The notes below the pieces were generated by a model. It saw nothing but the letters and a program-made list of their open reading frames with translations, was not told where the DNA came from and searched no databases. From Candidatus Methanomethylophilaceae archaeon (GTDB lineage Archaea; Thermoplasmatota; Thermoplasmata; Methanomassiliicoccales; Methanomethylophilaceae): 64,000 nucleotides of DNA. The position numbers and the translations under genes are program-made. Of the stretch, positions 1-9,295 are shown piece by piece. Position 1 is the stretch's first letter. Every line of letters starts with the position of its first letter. The DNA is taken from the NCBI GenBank assembly GCA_050950505.1, contig JBMNHS010000001.1, forward strand, positions 192,001-256,000, in the 5' to 3' direction.

Positions 1-167
1 ATTTGGCGGGAATGCCGGTTCTCTCGGTTCCCTGCGGATACGACAACGGCGGAATGCCCATGGGAATGATGCTTATCGCAAATCACAACGAAGAGAACAA
101 ACTCTTCGATTTCTGTGAAACCTGGAACAAACAATTCGATATAGTGAAACCGGAGGCGGTTCTGTGA
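1..167 (+). CDS. gatA: Asp/Glu-tRNA amidotransferase subunit A, 3' end (partial)
   Basis: Frame 3 reads LAGMPVLSVPCGYDNGGMPMGM...EAVL*, the amidase C-terminal signature; the TGA overlaps the gatB GTG start. Confidence 0.85.
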   Translation, partial: LAGMPVLSVPCGYDNGGMPMGMMLIANHNEENKLFDFCETWNKQFDIVKPEAVL

Positions 168-1501
168 AAATAGGATTGGAAGTTCATGTTCAATTACCCA
201 CGGAATCCAAACTGTTCTGTTCCTGCTCCACCGCCGAAACGGAAGAGCCCAACGCAAACGTATGTCCGGTCTGCATGGGATTTCCGGGATCGAAACCCGT
301 AATCAACGAAAAAGCATTGGAATACGGAGTTCTGCTGGCGAAGATGCTGGGCTGCAGGATTGACGATACCACCTGGTTTGCCAGAAAGATTTACTTTTAT
401 CCCGATAATTCAAAGAACTATCAGACCACGCAGCATGACCGTCCTTTGGGAAGAGAAGGGATGTATTACCTTAACGGCAAAAAACCCATAAGAATAACCA
501 GAATCCATATCGAAGAAGACCCGGGCAAGACCAAAAGAGTGGGAGATTCTTCGTTGATAGATTACAACCGTTCCGGCATCCCGTTGGCTGAGATAGTGAC
601 CGAACCGGACATAGCCACTCCGGCGGAAGCCAGAGAATTTCTGAAACAGCTAATTCAGGATATCCGTTATACGATTGATATGTCCGAGGACGAGGAACGC
701 AGTATACGTTGCGACTGCAATATATCCGTCGGTAAAGAACGGTGCGAAGTGAAAAACGTCACCGGACTCAGAAACGTCGAAAAGGCGTTGACTTTCGAAG
801 CCGTCCGTCAGACAAAGTTATTGAAAGCCGGCGGTAAGATTGTAAGAGAAACCCGTCATTTCGATGAGGAACGGGGAGTAACCGTTTCCGTCAGAAAGAA
901 GGAAATGGAAGCCGATTACGGATACATCGACGAACCTGATTTGGGCGTGTTCAACGTAAAAGAACTGGTTGATTCACTTGATGTCAAAGAAAGTCCACAG
1001 AACATGATTCTGAGACTTGTTAAAGAGTACGGTATCGACGAGAAGACATCGAAACAGTACGTTTCCACCTCCGTGGATATGGCAAAACTGTTTGAAAAGC
1101 TGGTTTCGGTAACCGACGTCGAAACCGCCAGGAAATTCACATCCGGTCCTATAAGCGCGGGGTGGAGATCTTTCGAATCCGACGGTTCGAAGGACGCTGA
1201 CGAAATAGTTTCGATTGTCAAAGACTTCAAAGACAATAAAATAACGGATGTCGAAGGAAACATGAGAATCCGTTCCTACATGACCGGCGAGGACTTGGAC
1301 ACCGTATCCGCAGGCTCTTCGAATCTGGATGAATTGATTTCAGAGTTCCTTGATAAAAATCCGAACGTTATCGAAGATTACCGCAAGAACGACAAAGCCG
1401 CCAACCGCGTAATCGGTCAGGTGATGAAACAGACCGGCGGGGCTCACTCATCGTCGGATATAGTCGAAGCGACGAAACGTCTCATCGAAGAAAGACTCTG
1501 A
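164..1501 (+). CDS. gatB: Asp/Glu-tRNA amidotransferase subunit B
   Basis: IGLEVHVQL, KLFCSC, CPVCMGFPG, RKIYFYPD, IHIEED, DYNRSGIPLAEIVTEP motifs. Confidence 0.97.
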   Translation: MKIGLEVHVQLPTESKLFCSCSTAETEEPNANVCPVCMGFPGSKPVINEKALEYGVLLAKMLGCRIDDTTWFARKIYFYPDNSKNYQTTQHDRPLGREGMYYLNGKKPIRITRIHIEEDPGKTKRVGDSSLIDYNRSGIPLAEIVTEPDIATPAEAREFLKQLIQDIRYTIDMSEDEERSIRCDCNISVGKERCEVKNVTGLRNVEKALTFEAVRQTKLLKAGGKIVRETRHFDEERGVTVSVRKKEMEADYGYIDEPDLGVFNVKELVDSLDVKESPQNMILRLVKEYGIDEKTSKQYVSTSVDMAKLFEKLVSVTDVETARKFTSGPISAGWRSFESDGSKDADEIVSIVKDFKDNKITDVEGNMRIRSYMTGEDLDTVSAGSSNLDELISEFLDKNPNVIEDYRKNDKAANRVIGQVMKQTGGAHSSSDIVEATKRLIEERL

Positions 1502-3310
1502 TTACTCTTCGTCAAAATCGAAATCGATTCCGTCAAGGGACAAAGACATAATCTGAAGTTCTTCCAGCTTCTCGTCGGGAACCTTGGTGGGCGAACCGTC
1601 AAGCAACGACGCGGATTTTCTGTTCTTCGGGAAAGCGATTACGTCACGTATCGTGTCTTTGCCCAGAAGAATGGTGATGAAACGATCCACTCCGATTGCT
1701 ATTCCTCCATGGGGCGGCGCACCGTATTCCAACGACTCCACGAAGAATCCGAATTCGTCTTCTATCTCTTCGTCGGTCTTGCCGAGAATCCTCAGAACTC
1801 CTCTTTGAATTTCGGGATCGTTTATCCTCAGTGAACCGGAACCCAATTCGTTTCCGTTCAAACACAGATCGAAGCAGGCTCCCATGCATCCGTCTTCGTT
1901 TATGTCGCCCAAAGGCTTCACGAATGGGTGGTGGAAAGCATCCTTCTTTCCCGAAATGGGGTCGGTTTCAAACATGGGACAGTCGACCAGCCAAAGGAAC
2001 TGGAAAGTTCCTTCCGGAATAAGTCCCAGATCTTCCGCTATCTTGATTCTTAGCGCGCCGCCGCCCTCGTAGGTTTGTTTCCAGGGCCCGGCTATAAGGA
2101 ACAGAATGTCCCCTTCGTCCGCGTTCAGCGCAGTCTTGATTCCTTCAAGAATTTCGGGAGTGAAATATTTTGTAATGTTGCTGGCGGGAACGCCGTTTTC
2201 GACTTTCATCCAAGTGAGTCCGCCCAATCCCGCTTTCTTGGCGTATTCGATGTAACGGTCTATGTCGTTCCGTCCGACACGTCCGCCGGAAAGTTCGGAC
2301 GTTACGTTCAATCCCGCAACGATTCCTCCGGCTTTCATGATTCTCTGGAAAATTTCGTAAGGAACGTCTTTCACGACTTCCGTCAGTTTGGTGAATTCCA
2401 AACCGTATCTCATGTCCGGTTTGTCGGTACCGAAGCGTTCCATGGCTTCGACGTAACCTATGCGCGGGAATGGAGTCTTCAGGTCGGTTCCGTAAAGACC
2501 CTTCCACAGATGAACAATCATGTTCTCGATTGTGTCCTGAATGTCTTTTTCTTCGACGAAGGACAACTCCATGTCCAATTGGGTGAACTCGGGCTGTCTG
2601 TCCTTCCTCGAATCTTCGTCTCTGAAACATCTTGCGAACTGATAGTAACGGTCAATGCCGCCCACCATCAGCATCTGTTTGAACAGCTGAGGGGATTGGG
2701 GCAGAGCGTAAAACGAACCGGGGTGAACTCTTGAGGGTACGATGTAATCCCTGGCGCCTTCCGGGGTGGATCTTGCGAGAATGGGGGTTTCCACTTCGAG
2801 GAATTTCGCCGAGTTCAGATATTCTCTGGCCAGAGTCATGAATCTGCTCCTTAAAGTCAGAGCCTCGATCATTTCGGTCCTTCTGAGGTCCAGATATCTG
2901 TACTTCATCCTCACGTCTTCGTTGGGGAGAACGTTTTCTTTCTGATCTCCGACCTCAAAGGGGGGAGTTTTGGACTTTCCGAGAACTTCTGCGTCGCGGA
3001 TGAGGACTTCCACTTCGCCGGTGGGATTTCTTGCGTCAGATGTTCCTTCGACCCTGTCCCTGACGATTCCGCTGATTGAAACCGCGGATTCCCTGGTGAA
3101 ACCTTTCATGGCGTCCGAAATGCGTTTGACCTCGGACTCGGAGGGAAGGTCTTCGGAATCGAACACCACTTGGGTGATTCCGTACCTGTCAGCCAAGTCG
3201 ATGAACGCGACTCCGCCGTGGTCCCTGGAAAACCTGACCCAGCCCTGAAGGCATACTTCTTTTCCAAGATCCGACTTCCTGAGTTCTCCGCAGGTGTGTG
3301 TCCTCTTCAT
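1502..3310 (-). CDS. aspS: Aspartyl-tRNA synthetase, bacterial type with insertion domain, probably non-discriminating
   Basis: MKRTHTCGELR start, RDHGG, TPEGARDY, LPQSPQLFKQ, CFRDED..DRQPEFTQ, GAPPHGG; 602 aa. Confidence 0.96.
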   Translation of the reverse strand: MKRTHTCGELRKSDLGKEVCLQGWVRFSRDHGGVAFIDLADRYGITQVVFDSEDLPSESEVKRISDAMKGFTRESAVSISGIVRDRVEGTSDARNPTGEVEVLIRDAEVLGKSKTPPFEVGDQKENVLPNEDVRMKYRYLDLRRTEMIEALTLRSRFMTLAREYLNSAKFLEVETPILARSTPEGARDYIVPSRVHPGSFYALPQSPQLFKQMLMVGGIDRYYQFARCFRDEDSRKDRQPEFTQLDMELSFVEEKDIQDTIENMIVHLWKGLYGTDLKTPFPRIGYVEAMERFGTDKPDMRYGLEFTKLTEVVKDVPYEIFQRIMKAGGIVAGLNVTSELSGGRVGRNDIDRYIEYAKKAGLGGLTWMKVENGVPASNITKYFTPEILEGIKTALNADEGDILFLIAGPWKQTYEGGGALRIKIAEDLGLIPEGTFQFLWLVDCPMFETDPISGKKDAFHHPFVKPLGDINEDGCMGACFDLCLNGNELGSGSLRINDPEIQRGVLRILGKTDEEIEDEFGFFVESLEYGAPPHGGIAIGVDRFITILLGKDTIRDVIAFPKNRKSASLLDGSPTKVPDEKLEELQIMSLSLDGIDFDFDEE

Positions 3311-3377
3311 TTTGAATTGATCTCCAATTAAATATGAGTCAGGCTAAACATGGGAACATATAATAATTGTTGCAGTT

Positions 3378-3857
3378 TCAGCGGTTCTCTTCCTTCCCGG
3401 GAACGGGGGGAATGAAGTCAAACGGGTCCTTGGCGATTCCCAAAACGACGGCGGTGTTGGTTTTGTTCACTCCCGGCCGGGAGTTTATGAATTTCACGGT
3501 TTCCGAAAACTCGTCCCGGTCCGCACATGCAATCCACGCAATCGCGTCACTGTCCCCGGTCACGTCGAATATGCCCACAATCTGAGGGACGTTTCTCAGA
3601 TCTTCGAGAACGTCCGGCAGACTGTCGGCGTAGATGTGGACGATTCCCATGTAATCGAATCCGAGCTTCATGTAATCCACTTTCGCCCGGTATCCTTTGA
3701 TCACTTCTTTCGATTCGAGATTTTTCACTCTCTGGATTAAAGTAGTCGGGTGCACCCCCAGTTGTTTGGCCAGCTGCCGGTAGGAGCCTTGGCTGGATTT
3801 GCACATCATGTCGATTATGCGCCTGTCAAGCTCATCCATGTCTTTCAATTCCGGCAT
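3378..3857 (-). CDS. Lrp/AsnC family transcriptional regulator
   Basis: MDELDRRII...LAKQLGVHPTTLIQRVKNLE HTH and C-terminal RAM domain (VTGDSD). Confidence 0.92.
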   Translation of the reverse strand: MPELKDMDELDRRIIDMMCKSSQGSYRQLAKQLGVHPTTLIQRVKNLESKEVIKGYRAKVDYMKLGFDYMGIVHIYADSLPDVLEDLRNVPQIVGIFDVTGDSDAIAWIACADRDEFSETVKFINSRPGVNKTNTAVVLGIAKDPFDFIPPVPGKEENR

Positions 3858-3924
3858 TTTGCACCCTCATCCGTAGAAATCCGTTCCGTATATTTATTAG
3901 ATAACGACTGTTTCATGGATATAC

Positions 3925-5109
3925 ATGACGGACGAATTGTTCAGACACGACGGGTACCAATCCGAATTCGAAGCCAAAGTCGTCTCCGTCGAAGGAGACC
4001 TTGTAGTATTGAACCGAACCGCGTTCTACCCCGGAGGAGGGGGACAGGTCTGCGATATCGGGGACATAAACGGAATCGGAGTGACCGAAGTGTTCAGAAA
4101 CGGGAAAGGCGGAATCGTCCACAAAGTCCCCGGACACGATTTCCGGGAGGGGGACGCGGTCTGGGGAAGCGTGGATTGGGAAAGGCGTTTCGATCTGATG
4201 AAGGGACACACCGGAGAACACATTCTCTTCGGTTCCCTGAAACGGGAGATTCCCGATCTTACAATAGGAAAAATATTCATTTCGCCGGAAAACAAGTACG
4301 TCGTGGTTGAAGGGAACGTGGATTGGGACACCGTGGAAAAAGCGGTGAAGACCGCCAACGGAATCATAAGGGAAAACCTGACGGTGTCCAGAGTCATCAT
4401 GGACCGTGACGATCCCGAACTCAAAAACAAAGTGAGAATAAAATTGGAAAACATTCCCGAAGACGAGGAAGTGACCGTAACCGCCATCGGGGATTTCGAT
4501 TACTCCGCCTGCAGCGGAGTGCACGTAATGGAAACCTCCGAATTGGGAATGCTGTTTGTGGACCGTGTCGTGTCCGCCGGAAAGGAGGGCACGTCGGTTC
4601 ATTTCAAAGTGGGCGACGATGCATCGGACGCTGCCTTGAAGCTTGCATACGTTACTTTGAAAACCTCGGACGCCGCCGACAGCAAACCGGAAGATCTTGA
4701 GAAAGCCGTGACGAACATGAAAAAGGACGTCCTGAACTTCGGAAAATCCCTGAAGGGGATGACCGAGGCCCTGCTTTTCGGATTGGAACCCGAAACCGTC
4801 AACGGCGTGAAAATATACGGAACGGTTCTTCCCGGCGCCGACCGCAAAGCCGTATCCGAAGCCGCCGAAAGAATAATGGAAGAAGGGAACGTATTCGTTT
4901 CGGTGTCCGCGGGAGAGAACGTTTCGGCGGTGTTGGCTTCCGGCAAGGATTCCGTCGACTGCAGAAAGATACTTTCCGAATCCCTGGAGAAATTCAACGG
5001 AAGGGGGGGAGGCAAACCCGACTTTGCGCAGGGAGGGATACCGAATCCCGAAGACGCGGAGGAACTGTTGAACGTCATGATGGAATACGTAAGGTCCGCC
5101 GTCGGATAA
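3925..5109 (+). CDS. AlaX-type alanyl-tRNA editing protein with DHHA1 domain
   Basis: TAFYPGGGGQ, HTGEH and CSGVH zinc motifs, C-terminal GRGGGKPDFAQGG. Confidence 0.9.
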   Translation: MTDELFRHDGYQSEFEAKVVSVEGDLVVLNRTAFYPGGGGQVCDIGDINGIGVTEVFRNGKGGIVHKVPGHDFREGDAVWGSVDWERRFDLMKGHTGEHILFGSLKREIPDLTIGKIFISPENKYVVVEGNVDWDTVEKAVKTANGIIRENLTVSRVIMDRDDPELKNKVRIKLENIPEDEEVTVTAIGDFDYSACSGVHVMETSELGMLFVDRVVSAGKEGTSVHFKVGDDASDAALKLAYVTLKTSDAADSKPEDLEKAVTNMKKDVLNFGKSLKGMTEALLFGLEPETVNGVKIYGTVLPGADRKAVSEAAERIMEEGNVFVSVSAGENVSAVLASGKDSVDCRKILSESLEKFNGRGGGKPDFAQGGIPNPEDAEELLNVMMEYVRSAVG

Positions 5110-5141
5110 GATTCGGCAATATTTAATTAAAGAAACCGATT

Positions 5142-5513
5142 ATGGGTGTACGTGTTATGCAGAGAATGAATCCGCGTCAGATGAAACAAGCCATGAAGAA
5201 GATGGGAATCACCCAATCCGAACTTCCCGATGTTTCAGAAGTAATTATCAGAACCAAAGACAATGAGATTGTGATGAACGGTCCTCAGGTGGTATGTGTG
5301 GAAATGGGCGGTACGAAATCGTACCAGATTTCCGGCACTGAAATCACGAGACCCCTGACCGGATCTTCCGAAGACGAAGGTCCGCAGTTGCCTGAAGAAG
5401 ACATCGAACTGGTGATGTCGCAGACCGGATGCACCAGGGAGAAGGCCATTGAGGCCTTGGAGGCCGTCGACGGACAGCCCGCGGAAGCAATAATAAAGAT
5501 AGTATCGGAGTGA
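5142..5513 (+). CDS. nac: Nascent polypeptide-associated complex protein
   Basis: MNPRQMKQAMKKMGI, C-terminal UBA-like EEDIELVMSQTG...AEAI; true start may be 5157 or 5166. Confidence 0.93.
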   Translation: MGVRVMQRMNPRQMKQAMKKMGITQSELPDVSEVIIRTKDNEIVMNGPQVVCVEMGGTKSYQISGTEITRPLTGSSEDEGPQLPEEDIELVMSQTGCTREKAIEALEAVDGQPAEAIIKIVSE

Positions 5514-5519
5514 TTTGAA

Positions 5520-5750
5520 ATGTGTTTGGCATTGCCCGGCAAAGTTGTGAAGATTGACGGCGAAAACGCCGATGTGGATTTCGGAGGCGTAATCAGACAA
5601 ACCAACGTGGCGATGGTCGAGGTGGAAGTCGGTCAGTGGGTCGTCATCCACGCCGGATTCGCCATAGAGGTCATGGACGAGGAAGAAGCCCGGGATACGA
5701 TTGCGCTCTGGAACGAAGTTCTCAGCCATGATGAGGTTTCTTACGAGTAA
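5520..5750 (+). CDS. hypC: Hydrogenase maturation chaperone HypC
   Basis: MCLALPGKV...VDFGG...VVIHAGFAI. Confidence 0.96.
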   Translation: MCLALPGKVVKIDGENADVDFGGVIRQTNVAMVEVEVGQWVVIHAGFAIEVMDEEEARDTIALWNEVLSHDEVSYE

Positions 5751-5916
5751 GACCGTAAGAAACAAAAAATATCTTCCGGGGCCTTAGCCCCGCGGAATTG
5801 GTTGGTTTGATTTCCGAATCCGCATGTTGCGATTTGTTGAATTTTTATGAAACGGTTTCGGCAAACACGTTTTCGATGAGACGGTTATGCGGTATATCAC
5901 ATCATAAGTCACATGA

Positions 5917-6555
5917 TTGGCATCCAATACCGACAAAGGATATAATCCGACGGAATACTCGCCGTTCATGGTACTGATACTTGACAATTTCAAAGGCGGT
6001 CCTCCGTGCAAATTCTCGGATTCCGATGTTTTGTTTCTTCTGGACTGCTTGGCGGACGGCAAACGTGTCAGCAGAATGGATATTTCCAAATATCTGGGAA
6101 TCGGCGAGGGCAGCGTGCGCAAATTGATTGAATTGTTGAGGGAGAACAACATGGTGGAGACCCACCAGACGGGCACCACAATCAAACCTTACGGCCTCAG
6201 GCTGTTGGAAACACTTGACATAAGATCCGTTTCCTTGAACGTCGGAGGCTATGTGGTCGGACGTTATCAGCAGGGAGTTGTCGTGAAAGACATGGCTGAA
6301 AAAGTATTCAACGGAATAGCCCAGAGGAACGCCGGAATAAGAGCGGGAGGCGAGGGCTGCACCACCTGGATTATGGACCGGGGCAGTCTGCTGATGATGC
6401 CCGCATGGGACGTGGACAAGAACGATCCCATATTATCGATGAAAATACGAAAATCCGTCAAACTGAATGACGGGGACGTACTGATTATCGGAGGCGGGGA
6501 CACAAAGCGTTTCGCCAGATTGGCGGCCGGAAGCGCCGCCCTGGAACTTGTCTGA
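5917..6555 (+). CDS. Archaeal winged-HTH protein (DUF4443-like)
   Basis: SRMDISKYLGIGEGSVRKLI HTH, then GIAQRNAGIRAGGEG; start uncertain. Confidence 0.6.
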   Translation: MASNTDKGYNPTEYSPFMVLILDNFKGGPPCKFSDSDVLFLLDCLADGKRVSRMDISKYLGIGEGSVRKLIELLRENNMVETHQTGTTIKPYGLRLLETLDIRSVSLNVGGYVVGRYQQGVVVKDMAEKVFNGIAQRNAGIRAGGEGCTTWIMDRGSLLMMPAWDVDKNDPILSMKIRKSVKLNDGDVLIIGGGDTKRFARLAAGSAALELV

Positions 6556-6617
6556 ACCGGATTGACGGATTCGCGGCACTTTGCCGAATCCTTGAAGTTT
6601 CCGACGCGTCCGGACCC

Positions 6618-7190
6618 TCATAGGCGGGGGGACACTTTCGTTTCGATTTCACTCTTTACGACGGATATCACTTTGAACAGGGGCAGTCCCAGATCCGAAG
6701 CTATGGCCACGCATCCTTTGCCCTTTTCATATCTTTCCACGATGCTTTTCTTGTTGAAAGATGGAGCGTCTTCGTCACGGATTGTGATATCGAGCGATTT
6801 GGGTTCTTCGGCCCACCTTGTGGAATTGCAGCTCGGACATCTTGCCGGACCTTCCTTTTTCCTTGAGATCCATTTGTGGCTGCATACGTTGCATTTACAC
6901 TTGAGGGAGGGTTTGTTCCATGCGTAAGATCCGCATTTCGGGCACTTTGACGGTGTTTCGATTCTGTTGTACCATGCGTAATTGCATCTGTTGCACATCA
7001 GTCTGGATTTTTCGTCTTCGTCTTCGTCTTCCTTGACATAAAATTTGTTGTTGCAGTGAGGACATACGCATTCTCCGTTTGTCACATGCACAACGTCCAT
7101 GTTCAACATCGGTGGCTGCAGCTTCGTCGATTTCAACGGGGATGACAGATTATCCCCCGAATCATGTATTGAGTCATTTGAGTTGGACAT
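6618..7190 (-). CDS. Zinc-ribbon repeat protein with C-terminal HTH-like segment
   Basis: CNRCNYAW..CPKCGSYAW, CNVCSHKW..CPSCNSTRW; C-term GCVAIASDLGLPLFKV; start uncertain. Confidence 0.7.
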   Translation of the reverse strand: MSNSNDSIHDSGDNLSSPLKSTKLQPPMLNMDVVHVTNGECVCPHCNNKFYVKEDEDEDEKSRLMCNRCNYAWYNRIETPSKCPKCGSYAWNKPSLKCKCNVCSHKWISRKKEGPARCPSCNSTRWAEEPKSLDITIRDEDAPSFNKKSIVERYEKGKGCVAIASDLGLPLFKVISVVKSEIETKVSPRL

Positions 7191-7298
7191 ATAATCCAAT
7201 AAGCGTTTGATATACAAATAGCATTTTATGGAATTTTATGGACAATTAAACAGTTATATTGAGTTATCATTGTAAAATATGCGACGAGCCGTGAAACA

Positions 7299-8504
7299 TC
7301 AGTAGTACCGGAACGGATCCGATGTGTACACAGTATCGTCGACGACGATACCCGAGTCTTCGAAAGCGGACATGATTTTTTCAAATGATTTCATAACCTT
7401 TTCAGCGGGTTGCATTATTTTCAGGGCTATCGCTTCCGGACTCATTCCTTTATAGTGCAGAGCCAGTATCGTCGCATCGTTTTCGTCAAGGGACAGTCGT
7501 TTCATCAAATAATTGGTATGTTCTAGATAGTCGTCTTTTAAACCGTACATTTCCGCAGCCAATTCCTTCCAGAGGCTTTCCCTTTCGCCTTTGTTGACGG
7601 TGTCCACCACCTCCACGATGTCCATGTCGAGACGCCTCAGAACTTCAAAAATATAGTTTACGGACACGGGAATTCCGTTTTCCAACAGATATACGCAACC
7701 ACAATGATTTTCGGTCACGTACCTCAGTTCAAATCTCTGATTGCTCCACAGCACCATGGAGGTGGATGTTGTCTTATCATGGAATGTGACGGGTTTGCCA
7801 CAGTTGTCACAGACAACGGATTCTTCATCGGATGCGTACCACCTGTTGTCGCAATCGCTGCATATAAACAGTTGTTTTTTGGAAAATTGGGTGTTTGCGA
7901 ATTCATAGACCATCGACCCTTCGTCGCCTCTGTTTACTATTTTCGCGGGGACGTCCCATTTGACCGATTTGCATCTCGGACAGGACAACTCCGAATCGTG
8001 GATTTTACGTTTTCTCATATTCCAAGCGTGTCCGCATCTCTGGCACCTCACGGTTCTCGGAGGTTCGTTCCATAATGTCGACCGGCAATCCGGACACCTG
8101 CGGGGCATTGTTTTGCGTTTCCTCCAAACATGCCCGCATTGATGACACATAAGACGTTCCACTTTGGGTTTGTCCCATTCGGAAGACCTGCACAAGGGAC
8201 ATTTTTCCGGATATTCATCATATTTCCTTGTCCATTCATAATCGCACTGATTGCACCTGGAGGATCTGTCGGTCAATCCTTCCGTCTGCAACCGTCCGCA
8301 GGCGGGGCAAGGCGTGGAAAACTCTTCCATGGAGAATTCCTTGCCGCAGAATTTGCAGGGGCGGTCTTTTTTCTCCGGTACGTCCCATCTTGCCGTTCTG
8401 CATCTGGGACAGCGCTTGGGCCGTTTTGAAGTATGGGGAATCCACGAGTGTCCGCATCTGAAGCAGAATGCTGGGTACTCTTCGGAAGCATCCGAATTTG
8501 TCAT
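7299..8504 (-). CDS. Poly-zinc-ribbon protein with C-terminal HTH-like domain
   Basis: Four full CxxCxxxW-x7..10-CPxCxxxxW units plus two further Cys4 ribbons; C-term ILALHYKGMSPEAIALKI; ATG at 8504 avoids overlap with the upstream gene. Confidence 0.75.
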   Translation of the reverse strand: MTNSDASEEYPAFCFRCGHSWIPHTSKRPKRCPRCRTARWDVPEKKDRPCKFCGKEFSMEEFSTPCPACGRLQTEGLTDRSSRCNQCDYEWTRKYDEYPEKCPLCRSSEWDKPKVERLMCHQCGHVWRKRKTMPRRCPDCRSTLWNEPPRTVRCQRCGHAWNMRKRKIHDSELSCPRCKSVKWDVPAKIVNRGDEGSMVYEFANTQFSKKQLFICSDCDNRWYASDEESVVCDNCGKPVTFHDKTTSTSMVLWSNQRFELRYVTENHCGCVYLLENGIPVSVNYIFEVLRRLDMDIVEVVDTVNKGERESLWKELAAEMYGLKDDYLEHTNYLMKRLSLDENDATILALHYKGMSPEAIALKIMQPAEKVMKSFEKIMSAFEDSGIVVDDTVYTSDPFRYY

Positions 8505-8511
8505 TGAATAA

Positions 8512-9285
8512 TCAGACCTCGCCCGTGGACCGTTTCGGAAGAACGTACAATTCACCGTCGATGTCCGTGCCCACCCTGGCTTCCACTTCGTACACCTCCC
8601 GCATGAGGTCCTCGGTGATTATTTCGCTCGGAACTCCGGAAGTGACAATCTTCCCCTGTTTCATTATGAAACAGTAATCGCAGTACCTCGATACCAGAGA
8701 TATGTCGTGTTCCGCGACCAACAGCGTCATGCCCGTTTTGGCCAGTGATCTCAAATGTTCCATCACGTTCAGTTTGAACTTAAGATCCAAATGGGATGTT
8801 GGTTCGTCCACCAGCAACAATTCGGGTTCCTGGACGTAGGCTTTCGCTATCAGAGCCCTTTGCCGTTCGCCGCTGGAAAGCATCGAAACCTGTTTTTTCC
8901 TATGCTCGTATATTCCGAATTTCTTCAATGCATTTCTTATGATTACTTCGTCCTCATCGGTTTCCCACCACAGTTTTTCAACATAGGGATACCGTCCCAG
9001 CATAACCATGTCCGTGACGGACATGTTCTGTATCTGTTCAATTTCCGCGGGAACGGTCGCTACCATTTTGGAAGTTTCGTGAGCATTGGTTTTCAGTATG
9101 TCCCGTCCGTTGACGGAGATTTTGCCGGCGGTTACATTGTGTATCTTCGACACACATTTCATAAGAGTGGATTTACCGCATCCGTTCGGACCTATGAGTC
9201 CGACCATCTGCCCCTCCCTTATCTCCAAATCAATATTGTCCAAAGCGCGGAAGGTTCCGAAATCCTTGCAGAGACCTTCCACCAA
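8512..9285 (-). CDS. ABC transporter ATPase, BtuD/FecE family
   Basis: GPNGCGKST, LSSGERQR, LLVDEPTSHLD, EHD. Confidence 0.93.
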   Translation of the reverse strand: MVEGLCKDFGTFRALDNIDLEIREGQMVGLIGPNGCGKSTLMKCVSKIHNVTAGKISVNGRDILKTNAHETSKMVATVPAEIEQIQNMSVTDMVMLGRYPYVEKLWWETDEDEVIIRNALKKFGIYEHRKKQVSMLSSGERQRALIAKAYVQEPELLLVDEPTSHLDLKFKLNVMEHLRSLAKTGMTLLVAEHDISLVSRYCDYCFIMKQGKIVTSGVPSEIITEDLMREVYEVEARVGTDIDGELYVLPKRSTGEV

Positions 9286-9295
9286 AAGACAGACG

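Noticed and set aside
5003-5009. G7 run in the AlaX gene as a phase-variation switch
   Set aside because: Short, in frame, and encodes the conserved GGGKP motif of DHHA1
5797-5806. Third copy of the ATCCAACCAAT promoter motif
   Set aside because: Partial match only (ATTGGTTGGT on the plus strand), with no TATA-like box at the 10-bp spacing
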